Shown: positions 42,371 through 52,946 of the stretch, piece by piece
Position numbering within the stretch: position 1 is the stretch's first letter
Layout of the letters: each line of letters opens with the position of its first letter
NCBI GenBank assembly: GCA_040758595.1
Contig: JBFLVJ010000006.1
Location: 15,093 to 79,092, forward strand
Length of the DNA stretch: 64,000 nt
Reading direction: 5' to 3'
Origin: Candidatus Micrarchaeota archaeon
GTDB lineage: Archaea; Micrarchaeota; Micrarchaeia; Anstonellales; Bilamarchaeaceae
Notes under the pieces: generated by a model
Told to the model about the DNA's origin: nothing
Seen by the model: only the letters and a program-made list of their open reading frames with translations
Database searches by the model: none
Position numbers and translations under genes: made by a program

Positions 42371-44377
42371 ATGATGGAAGCAGTTCTATTGGCTTTAGGA
42401 GCGGGTGTGCTCACCCTCCTCTATGCGGCATTCATCGCATGGAAGGTGTCGAGCGCCCCTGCCGGGACCGACAAGATGCAGGACATAGCGAAGGCCATAC
42501 AGGAAGGCGCGAACGCCTTCCTTATGAGGCAGTACAAGACGCTTGCCCCCATCGTGCTCGTGCTCTTGGCACTGATATCTATCGGTATCGGCGAAGAGGC
42601 CGGCATGCAGACCGCGCTCGCTTTCCTCGGCGGCGTGCTCTCATCCGCTCTCGCCGGCTATATAGGCATGCAGGTTTCGGTCCGCGCGAACGTGCGCGTG
42701 GCCGAGGCGGCCAAGAAAGGCCTCCAGCCTGCGTTCGGCCTCTCGTTCAACGGCGGAGCCGTCACGGGCATGGCCCTCGCGGGCCTCGGCCTCGTCGGCG
42801 TCGGCGGCCTCTACATGGCATTCGGCTCGCTCGCCCCGCTCATCGGCTACGGCTTCGGTGCATCCCTGATGTCGCTGTTCGCCCGTGTCGGCGGAGGCAT
42901 CTACACCAAGGCGGCCGACGTGGGCGCAGATCTGGTGGGCAAGATAGAGAAAGGCATCCCGGAGGACGACCCGCGCAACCCTGCGGTCATAGCAGACAAC
43001 GTGGGAGACAATGTGGGCGACTGCGCCGGCATGGCGGCGGACGTCTTCGAGTCGTTCGTGGTGACCGTTATAGCGGCCATGCTCATCGGCCTGACGTTCG
43101 CCGTATCCAGCCCGCTGGTGCAGGTGCCGCTCGGCATAGCATCCCTGGGCGTGATAGCGAGCATACTCGGATCGCTGTTCGTTAGCGTGAAGGACAAAGA
43201 GAGAATAATGAATGGGTTCTACAAGGGCGTCCTCGTCAGCGCGGTGCTGATGCTGGTGTTCTCGTACTTCTACCTGAACAACCTCTCAGGCCTCGAGATG
43301 AATCCGATGTCGCTCTTCGTGACCGTCATCATGGGCGTGATCGTGACCATGCTGCTGTTCATCATCAGCGAGTACTACACGGCCACCGAATACCGTCCGG
43401 TCCGTGACGTCGCCAAAGCCGCGACCACCGGCGCGGGCACCAACCTCATACAAGGGCTGGCGGTAGGCATGGAAGCTACCGCGCTTCCGACCGTGGTGAT
43501 ACTCGCCGCGATCATAGTGTCGTTCATGGTGGCAGGCCTCTATGGAGTCGCACTGGCCGCTGCGGCGATGCTTTCGCTGAGCGCGATAATCATCGCCATA
43601 GACGCCTACGGCCCGATAACCGACAACGCGGGAGGCATCGCCGAGATGGCCGGCCTTCCGGCGGCTGTGCGGAAGGTGACCGACGCGCTGGACGCGGTCG
43701 GCAACACCACCAAGGCGACCACCAAAGGGTTCGCCATCGGAGGCGCCGCTCTTGGCGCGCTGGCGCTCTTCGTGGCATATGCCGAGGAGACGCACCTGGA
43801 GAGCATAAATCTGCTGTCCACCCCGGTGGTGGTGGGTCTCTTCGTGGGCGCGCTCCTGCCGTTCCTGTTCTCTAGCCTGCTCATGCTGGCTGTGGGCAGG
43901 GCGGCCTTCCAGATAGTGGAAGAGGTGCGCAGGCAGTTCAAGGAGATAAAGGGCCTCATGGAGGGCAAGGGGAGGGCCGACTACGCCAAGTGCGTGGACA
44001 TCTCGGCCGCGACCGCGCTCCGAGAGCTCGCGCTCCCCGGCGCCATCGCGGTCCTGACGCCGCTGGTCGTGGGTTTCGTGTTCGGACCGGCGGCCCTCGG
44101 CGGTCTTCTCGCAGGCGTCATAGCCAGCGGGCTTATGCTCGCATTGACCATGACCACCGCGGGCGCGGCCTGGGATAACGCCAAGAAGTATATCGAGGAA
44201 GGCAACTACGGAGGCAAGGGCGGAGAGCCCCACAAAGCGGCCGTGGTCGGAGACACCGTCGGAGATCCCCTCAAGGACACCGCGGGCCCTGCCCTGAACG
44301 CCCTGATAAAGGTCGTGAACACCGTCTCTCTGGTGTTCGCGGGCCTCATCGTGGCCAAGAGCCTGAACATAATCTGA
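42371..44377 (+). CDS. hppA: Membrane ion-translocating pyrophosphatase, K+-independent H+-PPase signature
   Basis: [44 protein letters not shown]. Confidence 0.96.
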   Translation: MMEAVLLALGAGVLTLLYAAFIAWKVSSAPAGTDKMQDIAKAIQEGANAFLMRQYKTLAPIVLVLLALISIGIGEEAGMQTALAFLGGVLSSALAGYIGMQVSVRANVRVAEAAKKGLQPAFGLSFNGGAVTGMALAGLGLVGVGGLYMAFGSLAPLIGYGFGASLMSLFARVGGGIYTKAADVGADLVGKIEKGIPEDDPRNPAVIADNVGDNVGDCAGMAADVFESFVVTVIAAMLIGLTFAVSSPLVQVPLGIASLGVIASILGSLFVSVKDKERIMNGFYKGVLVSAVLMLVFSYFYLNNLSGLEMNPMSLFVTVIMGVIVTMLLFIISEYYTATEYRPVRDVAKAATTGAGTNLIQGLAVGMEATALPTVVILAAIIVSFMVAGLYGVALAAAAMLSLSAIIIAIDAYGPITDNAGGIAEMAGLPAAVRKVTDALDAVGNTTKATTKGFAIGGAALGALALFVAYAEETHLESINLLSTPVVVGLFVGALLPFLFSSLLMLAVGRAAFQIVEEVRRQFKEIKGLMEGKGRADYAKCVDISAATALRELALPGAIAVLTPLVVGFVFGPAALGGLLAGVIASGLMLALTMTTAGAAWDNAKKYIEEGNYGGKGGEPHKAAVVGDTVGDPLKDTAGPALNALIKVVNTVSLVFAGLIVAKSLNII

Positions 44378-44400
44378 TTCTTTCTTTTTTACCCCTCTTT

Positions 44401-44696
44401 TTACTTGCGGATGAGTTCTGCAATCTTTCGAAACCGGTCTTTTCGGCGATATCTGGGGCGGTCATGCCCTCGTTGTCGGCGAGATTCCGGTCGGGCGTGT
44501 ACCTCAACAGATACTTCGCCGTGTTGATGAGCGCTTCTTCCTTGCTATCAGCTGGATTGAACGTATCAAAGACGATGGCGACGTTTGCCCTGGATGCGGC
44601 CGCGACACGCATCACCGGCGTTCGGCTCAAGAGTTGTGCAACGCCCTCATTATGCGATACTGTATCAGCTTCAAAAACGTTCCTTGACATAGCCAT
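44401..44696 (-). pseudogene. Frameshifted ankyrin-repeat gene remnant
   Basis: KYLLRYTPDRNLADNEGMTAPDIAEKTGFE is ankyrin-like; restoring one base near 44427 gives KIAELIRK-stop (TAA 44401-44403). Confidence 0.65.
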
Positions 44697-44702
44697 CCAG
44701 CT

Positions 44703-45260
44703 ATGGAATCGCCAGACACCCCGTGGGCCAGGAGCATCGATGGCAGGGTGAAGAAGAAAGCCGTGCCAAGCCCTAGCCGCGCGGCCGTCTTTTTCTTAGG
44801 CTTCCTGAGATTGAGAGGCATATCGCAGGGGAGGCTGGTGGACATCGGCTGCGGCAACGGCCGGAACGCGGTCTATTTCGCCGAGAACGGTTTCGAGGTG
44901 CATGCGGTGGACCGTTCCGATGAAGTACTAAAGGACCTGGATTTGCACGGCGTGATGCCGCACTGCCACAGCGTGGCGGACTACTGGCTTTTCGAGGACG
45001 GTTTCTTCGATTTGGCGATGGATGTCCTCTGCTATTCGGAGCAGGATGCGCCCGGCTACCGCGAGAGGTACGTGGCCGAGCTGAAGCGGGTGTTGAAGCC
45101 CGGGAGCTATGTGCTGCTCAGCGTGCCTAAAGGCTACACGGAAGCGAGGGTGAAAAAGGAGTTCTCGGGCTTTGCTGTCATGTCTTCTGAAGAGAGCGAG
45201 GACAGGGTGTTCGGAAAAAAACTGAAGGTACTCAATATCATCCTAGGAAAGAAAATCTGA
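44703..45260 (+). CDS. Class I SAM-dependent methyltransferase
   Basis: VDIGCGNGRN, FDLAMD, RVLKPG. Confidence 0.9.
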   Translation: MESPDTPWARSIDGRVKKKAVPSPSRAAVFFLGFLRLRGISQGRLVDIGCGNGRNAVYFAENGFEVHAVDRSDEVLKDLDLHGVMPHCHSVADYWLFEDGFFDLAMDVLCYSEQDAPGYRERYVAELKRVLKPGSYVLLSVPKGYTEARVKKEFSGFAVMSSEESEDRVFGKKLKVLNIILGKKI

Positions 45261-45405
45261 GCAATAAAAATAAAAAGAAGCCGCGCGCATGATACGTCCG
45301 TGTACTTTGGTTCCGTACCAAGTCCCATCCCTTCAACGATGGGTGGGATTTTAAGTGGAGGTGGCATCCCATATGCCACCAACATTCCACTTACGGACCT
45401 TGTAT

Positions 45406-46182
45406 TCACGCGGCCTCTTTTAACATCCTTTTAACTAAGGTCGATCCTAAAATCTCCTTTGCACCCTCCAAGTCCTCGGAACTCTCTATTGGAAATTCAA
45501 AGTTCATCCCCTTACCCTTCAAGGAGAACATGAGTTGTGCGCCCTCTATTTTCTTCTGCTCGTTCGTGTTCTTGGTTTCGACTGTTTCCTCTGCTTCTAA
45601 TTTTGGTTCGGTGACTTCTTCAGTTAGTATCAATTTGTTCCCGTCAGCACTGCCAAGACCACTCTTCACTAGCATATCCCTTAGGAATTCGGCACCCGTT
45701 GTGTAAGATGTGGCCTTCTTGCCTTCGTTATGGGTTCTAAGGAAGTCTTTCAGCTCAACAAGCGTTATGGCGCGTCGTTGTCCTCCTTCAAATTTTTCCT
45801 TTTTTAAGCCCACATAAATGTCCTGTGTTTTCAAGACTTCTCTAAAAAGCCCTAGTGCTTCCTGCTCTCTATTGTCTTCCAGCAAAAAAATCATCTCTTG
45901 CGCTTTCTTGTCATCCTTCACCTGCCATCTCTGGAGCGTCTCAATTGCACCACCGACCTCAGTCTTAACGCGTTTCTCTTCGACAATGCCGAGGTATCTT
46001 AAATATGAAAGAATCCGAGAAAGAAAGTCGCCATTGGATGAAGGCGGGTTGTGGTCTAGTAGGTCCTTTACAGTAAATGTCCTTCCCGTCCTAGCTATGG
46101 TTTTACACACATCCCAGATTTTATCGAATGTAATTGAGCCATGGCTTGGCAATTTTATGTCATATTGTTTGTTTTCCTCCAT
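45406..46182 (-). CDS. Hypothetical protein (possibly winged-helix) in an AT-richer segment
   Basis: 258 aa; SD GAGGTG; LSYLRYLGIVE and LVKSGLG segments resemble wHTH; visibly more A/T-ending codons than neighbours. Confidence 0.75.
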   Translation of the reverse strand: MEENKQYDIKLPSHGSITFDKIWDVCKTIARTGRTFTVKDLLDHNPPSSNGDFLSRILSYLRYLGIVEEKRVKTEVGGAIETLQRWQVKDDKKAQEMIFLLEDNREQEALGLFREVLKTQDIYVGLKKEKFEGGQRRAITLVELKDFLRTHNEGKKATSYTTGAEFLRDMLVKSGLGSADGNKLILTEEVTEPKLEAEETVETKNTNEQKKIEGAQLMFSLKGKGMNFEFPIESSEDLEGAKEILGSTLVKRMLKEAA

Positions 46183-46325
46183 TTTCCCACCTCAAAATGA
46201 TTTCTTTAGGGATACAGTTTTTAAAGGTTCCTGAAATTTGTCAATTTAGACCCTAATTATGTTCATCTCTAACCAAAAAAAGCAACTATAACCCCAAAAA
46301 AATTGCAAACGAAACCCATATTGTT

Positions 46326-49019
46326 TTATCTCCTCTCGCCGTACGCTTTCAGGAATCTCCTATACTCATCGAGCAGATCCTCTGTGACCGAGGGTCTCCT
46401 GGTTTTTATGACTTCCATCACGGTCTCGGTGGTGACATTCTCCGGCTTCTTCTCCAGCTTCGCCCTTAGCGCCCTCATCTTCGCGCTCTGGCAGACCTCG
46501 GCGATGTCCGCGCCCGTGAAACCATCGGTCGCATCGGCCAGCGTCTTGAGGTCGATCCCCTCGGCGAACCTGCCCAGGTGTATCTTGAATATCGCACGCC
46601 TTCCCATCGGGCCCGGGGGCGGGATGTAGAATATCTTGTCGAACCTGCCCGGCCTCATTATGGCGGCGTCCATGAGCGCCGGCTTGTTGGTGGCGGCTAT
46701 CACCACCACGCCTTTCTGTCCCTTGACCCCGTCCATCTCGGTGAGGAACTGGCCGATTATCTCTGACGAGCCGCCAACGCCCCTCGCCGGAGCGAAGGTC
46801 TCGATCTCATCCACGAATATGATGCCGGGCGGGTTCTCGCGCGCGCGGTTGAACGCGTCCTTGATGACTCCCACCGCCTGGGTGAATCCCTTCTTCATCA
46901 CTTCGGCCGCGCTGAGCGACTGGAACGATGCATTGAGCTCGCTCGCAGCGGCTTTGACTATGAGCGTCTTTCCGGTGCCTGGCGGGCCGAAGAGCAGGAT
47001 GCCCTTGCTGGGCTTGACCTTGAACTCCTTCATCTCTTCTTCGTGGAGCAGCGGGAGCTCTATTGCTTCGAGGAGCGCGCGCTTCACATCATCCAGCCCG
47101 GCGACATCCTCCCATCTGACCGCGCTCTCTTTCTCCTCGGCCTCTTGGGCCGGCTTCTCCTTGCCGACTCGGCGCTCGAAGTCGAGCCTGAACTGCTCGT
47201 ACATATCCAACTGGGCGAGGCCCGTGCTCGGCTTCACGTTCTCCACTATGCGCATGAAATGCGCCATCGAGAGCGGGACGACCTTGCCGGTCTTGGTGGC
47301 CTCTTTCGCCGCGAGCCTCTTGGCCTCGGTGACCACGTTCTTTATGTCGGCGCCGGAGAACCTCTCTGTCTTCCTCACCAGCCTGTCGAAATCCACGTCA
47401 TCCGCGAGCGGGAGGCCTCTGGAACTGACCTCGAATATCGCCTTCCTCGCCTCGGGGTCCGGAAGGTGCATGTAGATTATCTTGTCGAGCCTCCCCGGCC
47501 TCAGCATCGCAGGATCCAATTCATCCGGCCGGTTGGTGGCCCCGACTATCATGACGGTCTTCTCTGATTTGCTCGCCCCGTCTATCTGCTGGAGGAGTTC
47601 GCTGAGGACGCGCTGCCCGACTTCGTCCAGGCTGTCCGCGCTCCTTTTCTTGGCGACAGCGTCTATCTCGTCGAAGAACAGCACGGTCGGCGCGTTCTTC
47701 CGCGCGTTGTCGAAGACCTCCTTGACGTTCTTTTCTGATTCGCCATACCACTGGGAGAGTATCTGCGAGCATCTCACTTCTATGAAATTGTACTTGAGCT
47801 CCTTGGCAAGAGCCCTCATGAGCATGGTCTTACCGGTGCCTGGCGGGCCGAAGAGCAGGATGCCGGTCGGCGGCCTGATGCCGTATGCGAAGGCTATCTC
47901 CTTCTTCTCCAGCGGCATGATGATGGCATCGCGGAGCTCGGACTTGACATCCTCATATCCGCCCACATCGGCCATCGACTTCTCCGAGCCGCCCAGCGAC
48001 ATGTCGCTCATGCCGAACTTGCCGTACGATCTCATCTTCTCCCGGCGCTCTATCTCGGATTCCCGGCTGATGCTGACCTTGAAGTGCTCGAGCGCCCCCA
48101 GCGCCACGATTGCAGCCACCAACCCCCCGGCGAACTCCATCTGGAGCGGTGTCCTGTATATCGTGCCTATCATGTAATATACCGGTAGCAACAGCAGCAG
48201 GGAGAGCGAAGCTATGAGCTGCGGCCTCTTCTTTATCCTGGGCGGGAGGTATCCGAGCAGGAAGAGGGCTGCGCCCCAGCCTATCAGCTGGAGGGCCATC
48301 GAGTCCTGTGTCAGGAGGAAGATGACGTTGTCCACTATCCAGCCGATGGAGCCCCAGATATTCGTCACGCTCGCGAACAGCCTGCCGACGCCATCTATCA
48401 GTCCCGGGACCAGCGAGCCGATGTCTGCTGCGCTTTTGCTGAAAAGCAGCTCCGCCTTTCCGGGCCGGTAGAGCTCCATCTTGAGCGGGAGGTATGCGGT
48501 GTTCTGGACAAGCCAGATCGATGACAATAGGAGTATTAGCGTCACTGACGAGAGCGATATGGCAAGGCTGCGCCTGGAGCCGAAATGCAATGCGCCGATC
48601 GACATCCCGATTATGGATGCCCATCCGAGGAAGGGGATCCCTCCGAACGCGAAGGGGGATAATATGAATATCTCCAGCGCGGCGATGAGCAGCCAGTCCT
48701 CGAATGCCTGGAAGAGCACAAGGACCAGCACCAGCAGGTAGAACCAGGCGAAGACCGGGGACTGGTATATGACTGCCAGCAATCCCAGCACCACCCCGAG
48801 GATCAATCCTATGGGCGGGTTCTTGAAGCCCACCGCGCCGCAGGCGGCCGCGAGCAGGACAACGAGGAAAATAGGATAATACGGGATGCTGCCCAGGAGC
48901 ATCAAAGCCCCGAGGAATATCAGGACGCCTCCCCAGAGCGATTCGTTCTGCCTGGCCAGTGTCAGATAAGCCCCCACTTTCTGGGCGGCCATGGATTTCT
49001 GTAGTCCCTGCTGCGCCAT
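46326..49019 (-). CDS. Polytopic membrane protein fused to tandem AAA ATPase domains (Cdc48-like D1-D2)
   Basis: About 8-10 hydrophobic helices in the first ~315 aa; two GPPGTGKT / DE / RPGR(L/F)D modules. Confidence 0.92.
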   Translation of the reverse strand: MAQQGLQKSMAAQKVGAYLTLARQNESLWGGVLIFLGALMLLGSIPYYPIFLVVLLAAACGAVGFKNPPIGLILGVVLGLLAVIYQSPVFAWFYLLVLVLVLFQAFEDWLLIAALEIFILSPFAFGGIPFLGWASIIGMSIGALHFGSRRSLAISLSSVTLILLLSSIWLVQNTAYLPLKMELYRPGKAELLFSKSAADIGSLVPGLIDGVGRLFASVTNIWGSIGWIVDNVIFLLTQDSMALQLIGWGAALFLLGYLPPRIKKRPQLIASLSLLLLLPVYYMIGTIYRTPLQMEFAGGLVAAIVALGALEHFKVSISRESEIERREKMRSYGKFGMSDMSLGGSEKSMADVGGYEDVKSELRDAIIMPLEKKEIAFAYGIRPPTGILLFGPPGTGKTMLMRALAKELKYNFIEVRCSQILSQWYGESEKNVKEVFDNARKNAPTVLFFDEIDAVAKKRSADSLDEVGQRVLSELLQQIDGASKSEKTVMIVGATNRPDELDPAMLRPGRLDKIIYMHLPDPEARKAIFEVSSRGLPLADDVDFDRLVRKTERFSGADIKNVVTEAKRLAAKEATKTGKVVPLSMAHFMRIVENVKPSTGLAQLDMYEQFRLDFERRVGKEKPAQEAEEKESAVRWEDVAGLDDVKRALLEAIELPLLHEEEMKEFKVKPSKGILLFGPPGTGKTLIVKAAASELNASFQSLSAAEVMKKGFTQAVGVIKDAFNRARENPPGIIFVDEIETFAPARGVGGSSEIIGQFLTEMDGVKGQKGVVVIAATNKPALMDAAIMRPGRFDKIFYIPPPGPMGRRAIFKIHLGRFAEGIDLKTLADATDGFTGADIAEVCQSAKMRALRAKLEKKPENVTTETVMEVIKTRRPSVTEDLLDEYRRFLKAYGERR

Positions 49020-49057
49020 GGCACACACTCGGTCTTTTTGTTTTTAAACCAGACGCT

Positions 49058-50107
49058 CTAGGGGGACATCCTGGTTATCGCATCCATGAGGGCGTCTTCA
49101 GGCTGGTTGACGCATATCCTGATGAAGTCGGTGTAGCCGCCGAAAGAGCTTCCTGGCGAGACCACGATGCCTTCTTTCTCCATGAGCTCCGTTGCGTACT
49201 TCTCAGAGTCCTTGATGCCATCATGGGTCGCGAAGATGTAGATGCCTGCCTCGGGCTTCGCGAACCTGAATCCGTTTTCAGAGAGGGCTTTGGCTGCCAC
49301 GGCGGAGCGGGATCTCCACACCTTCAGGTTCCCGGCGATTATCCCCTTCTCGTTCTCCAGGCAGGCGATGCCGGCCTTCTGCACGAACGGCGCGGTGCAT
49401 GTCGCGGTGATTTGCAGGAACGCCGTGAGCTTCTCTGCGATATGTTCTGGCACGACAGCATACCCGAGCCTCCATCCTTCCATGTTGAATTCCTTGGAGA
49501 ACGAGCGCACGCGGATAGCGCCTTCGTAGCGGGGCAGCTTATCGAACGCGAGGGCTTTGTAGGCCTCATCGAGCAGCAGGAACGAATTCTCTTCCTGGCA
49601 CCGTCCGATGGCTTCCTGCACCAGTTTCTCATCATAGATCGTGCTGGTCGGATTGAGCGGATTGCAGATTATCGTCAGCTTGTTGCCATCAATATCGGCC
49701 GGATCGAACGCCCAGCCATCTTCCATAGAGCTCTCAGGCGCTTTGGCCTCCAGGCCCAGCTGCCTGGCCGCCAGCTCGTACATGGGCCAGTAGGGGGAGG
49801 GGAACGATATGGCGTCCCCTTGTTTGCAGAGCATGCTCATCAATCCGTAGATGAGCAGTTTGGATCCAGGCCCGACGACCACTTCGGAAGGCTCGCAACC
49901 CTCCCGCTTGGCGATGGCCTCGCGCAAACCGGGCAGCCCAGCCGCCGGGCAGTATCCTGCTCTCTCCTCTTCTAGGCTGGCGAGCGCGGCTTCTATCGCG
50001 CACTGCGGGGTGGGCAGGTTGGTGTCGCCCACGTTCAGTCTCACTATCTTTTTGCCCGCCTTCTCGAGAGCGAGCGCCCTCTCTGCCAGGCCGTAGAAAC
50101 CTTTCAT
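49058..50107 (-). CDS. PLP-dependent class I aminotransferase, likely aromatic
   Basis: NPLNPT, DEAY, SFSKEFNMEGWRLGY; last gene of the aro operon. Confidence 0.9.
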   Translation of the reverse strand: MKGFYGLAERALALEKAGKKIVRLNVGDTNLPTPQCAIEAALASLEEERAGYCPAAGLPGLREAIAKREGCEPSEVVVGPGSKLLIYGLMSMLCKQGDAISFPSPYWPMYELAARQLGLEAKAPESSMEDGWAFDPADIDGNKLTIICNPLNPTSTIYDEKLVQEAIGRCQEENSFLLLDEAYKALAFDKLPRYEGAIRVRSFSKEFNMEGWRLGYAVVPEHIAEKLTAFLQITATCTAPFVQKAGIACLENEKGIIAGNLKVWRSRSAVAAKALSENGFRFAKPEAGIYIFATHDGIKDSEKYATELMEKEGIVVSPGSSFGGYTDFIRICVNQPEDALMDAITRMSP

Positions 50108-50884
50108 CTAATCACCGATGTTCTTGCGGAGCTTGTCGAAGAACTTCTTCGCTTCTTCGTGGTCCCTGCCCTTTATTATATGCTTCAGGTATTCGAGCCT
50201 GCCGGTTATCCTCTCCACCTGCGGGAGCGAGTACTTGTTGAACAATATCTCGGATAGGAGGTGGTCGTCCTCGGAGAGGAGCCCCTTGGCTATCTTCTTG
50301 TGTCTGGCGAATGTGGCTCCTGGGACCGAAGCGCTCTCCATGCACGCGGCGAAGACCAGCGATGCGGCGAAAGGGGTCGTCAGCGAGTAGGCCATCATCC
50401 GGTCGTGCCCGTCGAAAGAGTATTCGAATATCCGCACGCGAAGCCTCTTGAAGAGCGCCCGGAAGAGCTCCTTGCCTTCAGGGTCGGATTCGGTTATGAT
50501 GACCGCGTTCTCCTTGTCCAGCGACTCCACGTTGGCGAACGTGGGGCCGAACATCGGATGGACCGAGACGAACCTCCGGCCGCATGCTTTGTAGTAATCC
50601 GGGATGCCGCTTTTGATGGAGGCCACGTCTGCCAGCATGCAGCCATCCGGAAGATGCTTGGCCGCGGCTTCGAACGCTTCCAGCGTCCTCTGCAGGCTCA
50701 CCGCGTTGAGCAGCATCTCCGGCTTGAAATCCGCGAGCTTTTCGAGGCTGGAGAGCGCCTTCGCCCCCTCCACTGCCATCGCCCTTGCGCTATCGACATC
50801 ATAGACCGCGAGCTCGTTCTCCCCCGAAAGCTCCTTGGCCAGCCATGAGCCCATCTTGCCCGCGCCTATGACAGCTATCCTCAT
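50108..50884 (-). CDS. tyrA: Prephenate/arogenate dehydrogenase
   Basis: GAGKMG, DVASIK, HPMFGP, HDRMMA. Confidence 0.92.
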   Translation of the reverse strand: MRIAVIGAGKMGSWLAKELSGENELAVYDVDSARAMAVEGAKALSSLEKLADFKPEMLLNAVSLQRTLEAFEAAAKHLPDGCMLADVASIKSGIPDYYKACGRRFVSVHPMFGPTFANVESLDKENAVIITESDPEGKELFRALFKRLRVRIFEYSFDGHDRMMAYSLTTPFAASLVFAACMESASVPGATFARHKKIAKGLLSEDDHLLSEILFNKYSLPQVERITGRLEYLKHIIKGRDHEEAKKFFDKLRKNIGD

Positions 50885-51939
50885 TGCCTGGCCTCCTTGT
50901 AGCAGCCCAGGAACTTGTACCTCTCGGTCTCCTTCTTGACCTTCTCAAGCATGTCTGCGACCTTCTTGTCCCGCTCAGAGCCCTGGAAATCCAGGAGGAA
51001 CGCGAACTTGCCCGGATCCTTCCTGATGGGCCTCGACTCGATTCTGGTGAGGTTGATGCCGGCTTCCGAGAACAGCTTCAGGATGGAGAATAGCGCGCCT
51101 GCCTTGTGGGCGGTGGAGAATATCAGCGAGCACTTGTCGCCGTCCTTGACCGCGCTCTCCCTGGCGAGCACCACGAACCTGGTGCTGTTCGTCTCATGGT
51201 CTTCTATGTTCTCCTTGAGTATGTCCAGGTCGTAAATCTCTGCGCAGAGCCTGCTGGCTATCGCAGCGGCCGCCTTCGGCCTGTCGTTGGCGAGCATCAG
51301 GGCCGCACCTGCGGTATCATAGTACGGCCTCGCCTCCAGCTTGTTGCGCTGGATGAATCCCCTGCACTGCGCCAGCGCCTGCGGGTGGGCATAGACGACC
51401 TTTATGTCGCGGTAATCGGTGTCGGGCAGGGCCAGCAGGCAGTGGTGGATCGGCATCTTTATCTCGCCGACTATCTTGAGGTCGGTCTCCACCAGCAGGT
51501 CGTTCACCTGCGTCACCGCGCCTTCCAGTGAGTTCTCGACCGGCACCAGCCCGTAGTCGAGCTGTCCGTTCTTCAGGCCTTCGAATATGTCCACGAACTC
51601 GGTGCAGGCGACCGGCACCCACTTATTGTCATAGGCGCGCGCGGCCACTTCGCTGTATGCCCCGTGCTCTCCCTGGAAGCCGACCAGCTTCGGGTTCTTC
51701 TCCTGGAGCGCCTTCGCTTCTGAGATTATGTCCTGGAATATCTTCCCCGAGAACTCCTTGCTGACAAGGCCCTTGGACTGCCTCTTCACGGCGCCTATCA
51801 CTTCCTTCTCCCGCTCCGGATCCTCGACGCTCTCCTTGACCTTCCTGCTCCGCACCGCGTATTCCAGCCGCTGGTTGAGCAGCTTCAGTATCTCCGAGTC
51901 TATGCCGTCTATCTTCCTTCGAAGCTCCTTGAGTTCCAT
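50881..51939 (-). CDS. pheA: Chorismate mutase-prephenate dehydratase (P-protein)
   Basis: LRRKIDGID..LLNQR, PVENSLEG, HPQALAQC, NSTRF, ACT-domain LTRIESRP. Confidence 0.95.
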   Translation of the reverse strand: MELKELRRKIDGIDSEILKLLNQRLEYAVRSRKVKESVEDPEREKEVIGAVKRQSKGLVSKEFSGKIFQDIISEAKALQEKNPKLVGFQGEHGAYSEVAARAYDNKWVPVACTEFVDIFEGLKNGQLDYGLVPVENSLEGAVTQVNDLLVETDLKIVGEIKMPIHHCLLALPDTDYRDIKVVYAHPQALAQCRGFIQRNKLEARPYYDTAGAALMLANDRPKAAAAIASRLCAEIYDLDILKENIEDHETNSTRFVVLARESAVKDGDKCSLIFSTAHKAGALFSILKLFSEAGINLTRIESRPIRKDPGKFAFLLDFQGSERDKKVADMLEKVKKETERYKFLGCYKEARQ

Positions 51940-51944
51940 CACAT

Positions 51945-52946
51945 TCACCTCATGATCCTCGGTATCTTCTGTTCTATGAGCATCAGATCCGCGAGCACGA
52001 TTGCGACCGCGGCCTCGAGCGCCACCGGCACCCGCAGGGCGATGCATGCGTCATGCCGGCCTTTGGGTTCGGAGAGTTCCGGGTTTCCGGTTTTGAGATT
52101 TACGGTCTTGCCCGGCTTCCCCACGCTCGCGGTCGGCTTCACCGCCACCCGCAGCACCAGCTCGTTGCCGTTCGTTATCCCGCCGTTTATGCCTCCCGCG
52201 TTGTTGGTCGCGGTCTTGCCCTTGGCATCTACTATCGCATCGTTGCATCTGCTCCCCGTCATCCTAGCGGACGCGAAACCCGCTCCGAATTCCACTCCCT
52301 TGATAGCAGGTATCGAGAAAACCGCATGGCTGATGAGCGATTCGGCCGAGTCGAAGAACGGCTCGCCCAGGCCCGCAGGCAATCCGGACACGCGGCACTC
52401 CACAATGCCGCCCACTGAATCGCCCTCCGTGAGCGCGTCTTCTATCGCCTTCTCCTGACCTTTGGCGTCCTTCGCACCGCCTATCTCGGCCACAGCAGCA
52501 GCCACCTTAGCATTGCCGAGCATCTTCTTGGCGACCGCTCCGGCAGCCACCAGTCCGGCCGTGAGCCTCCCTGAGAAGTGCCCTCCGCCCCGGTAATCGT
52601 TGAATCCTCCATATTTGATATTGGCGACGAAATCAGCATGGCCCGGGCGCGGGGTATCTCTCATCTTCTCATATGCGGATGAGTCCACATCCTTATTCTC
52701 GAAGAGTATCAGCACCGGAGCGCCGGTCGTCTTCCCCTTGAACACCCCGCTCTTTATGAGCGGCATATCTGATTCCTTCCTCGCGGTGGTGCCCTTCTTC
52801 CCGCCCCTCCTCCTTTCCAAATCAGCCAGCAGGTCATCGGCAGACAAGGGGATGCCTGCAGGCACCCCATCCAACAGCACGCCCACGCACCCGCCGTGCG
52901 ATTCGCCGAGCATGCTCACCCTGAATATCCATCCTAACGTGTTCAT
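51945..52946 (-). CDS. aroC: Chorismate synthase
   Basis: GESHG, RPGHAD, RGGGHFSGR, NNAGGINGG, KPTAS, GRHD. Confidence 0.96.
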   Translation of the reverse strand: MNTLGWIFRVSMLGESHGGCVGVLLDGVPAGIPLSADDLLADLERRRGGKKGTTARKESDMPLIKSGVFKGKTTGAPVLILFENKDVDSSAYEKMRDTPRPGHADFVANIKYGGFNDYRGGGHFSGRLTAGLVAAGAVAKKMLGNAKVAAAVAEIGGAKDAKGQEKAIEDALTEGDSVGGIVECRVSGLPAGLGEPFFDSAESLISHAVFSIPAIKGVEFGAGFASARMTGSRCNDAIVDAKGKTATNNAGGINGGITNGNELVLRVAVKPTASVGKPGKTVNLKTGNPELSEPKGRHDACIALRVPVALEAAVAIVLADLMLIEQKIPRIMR

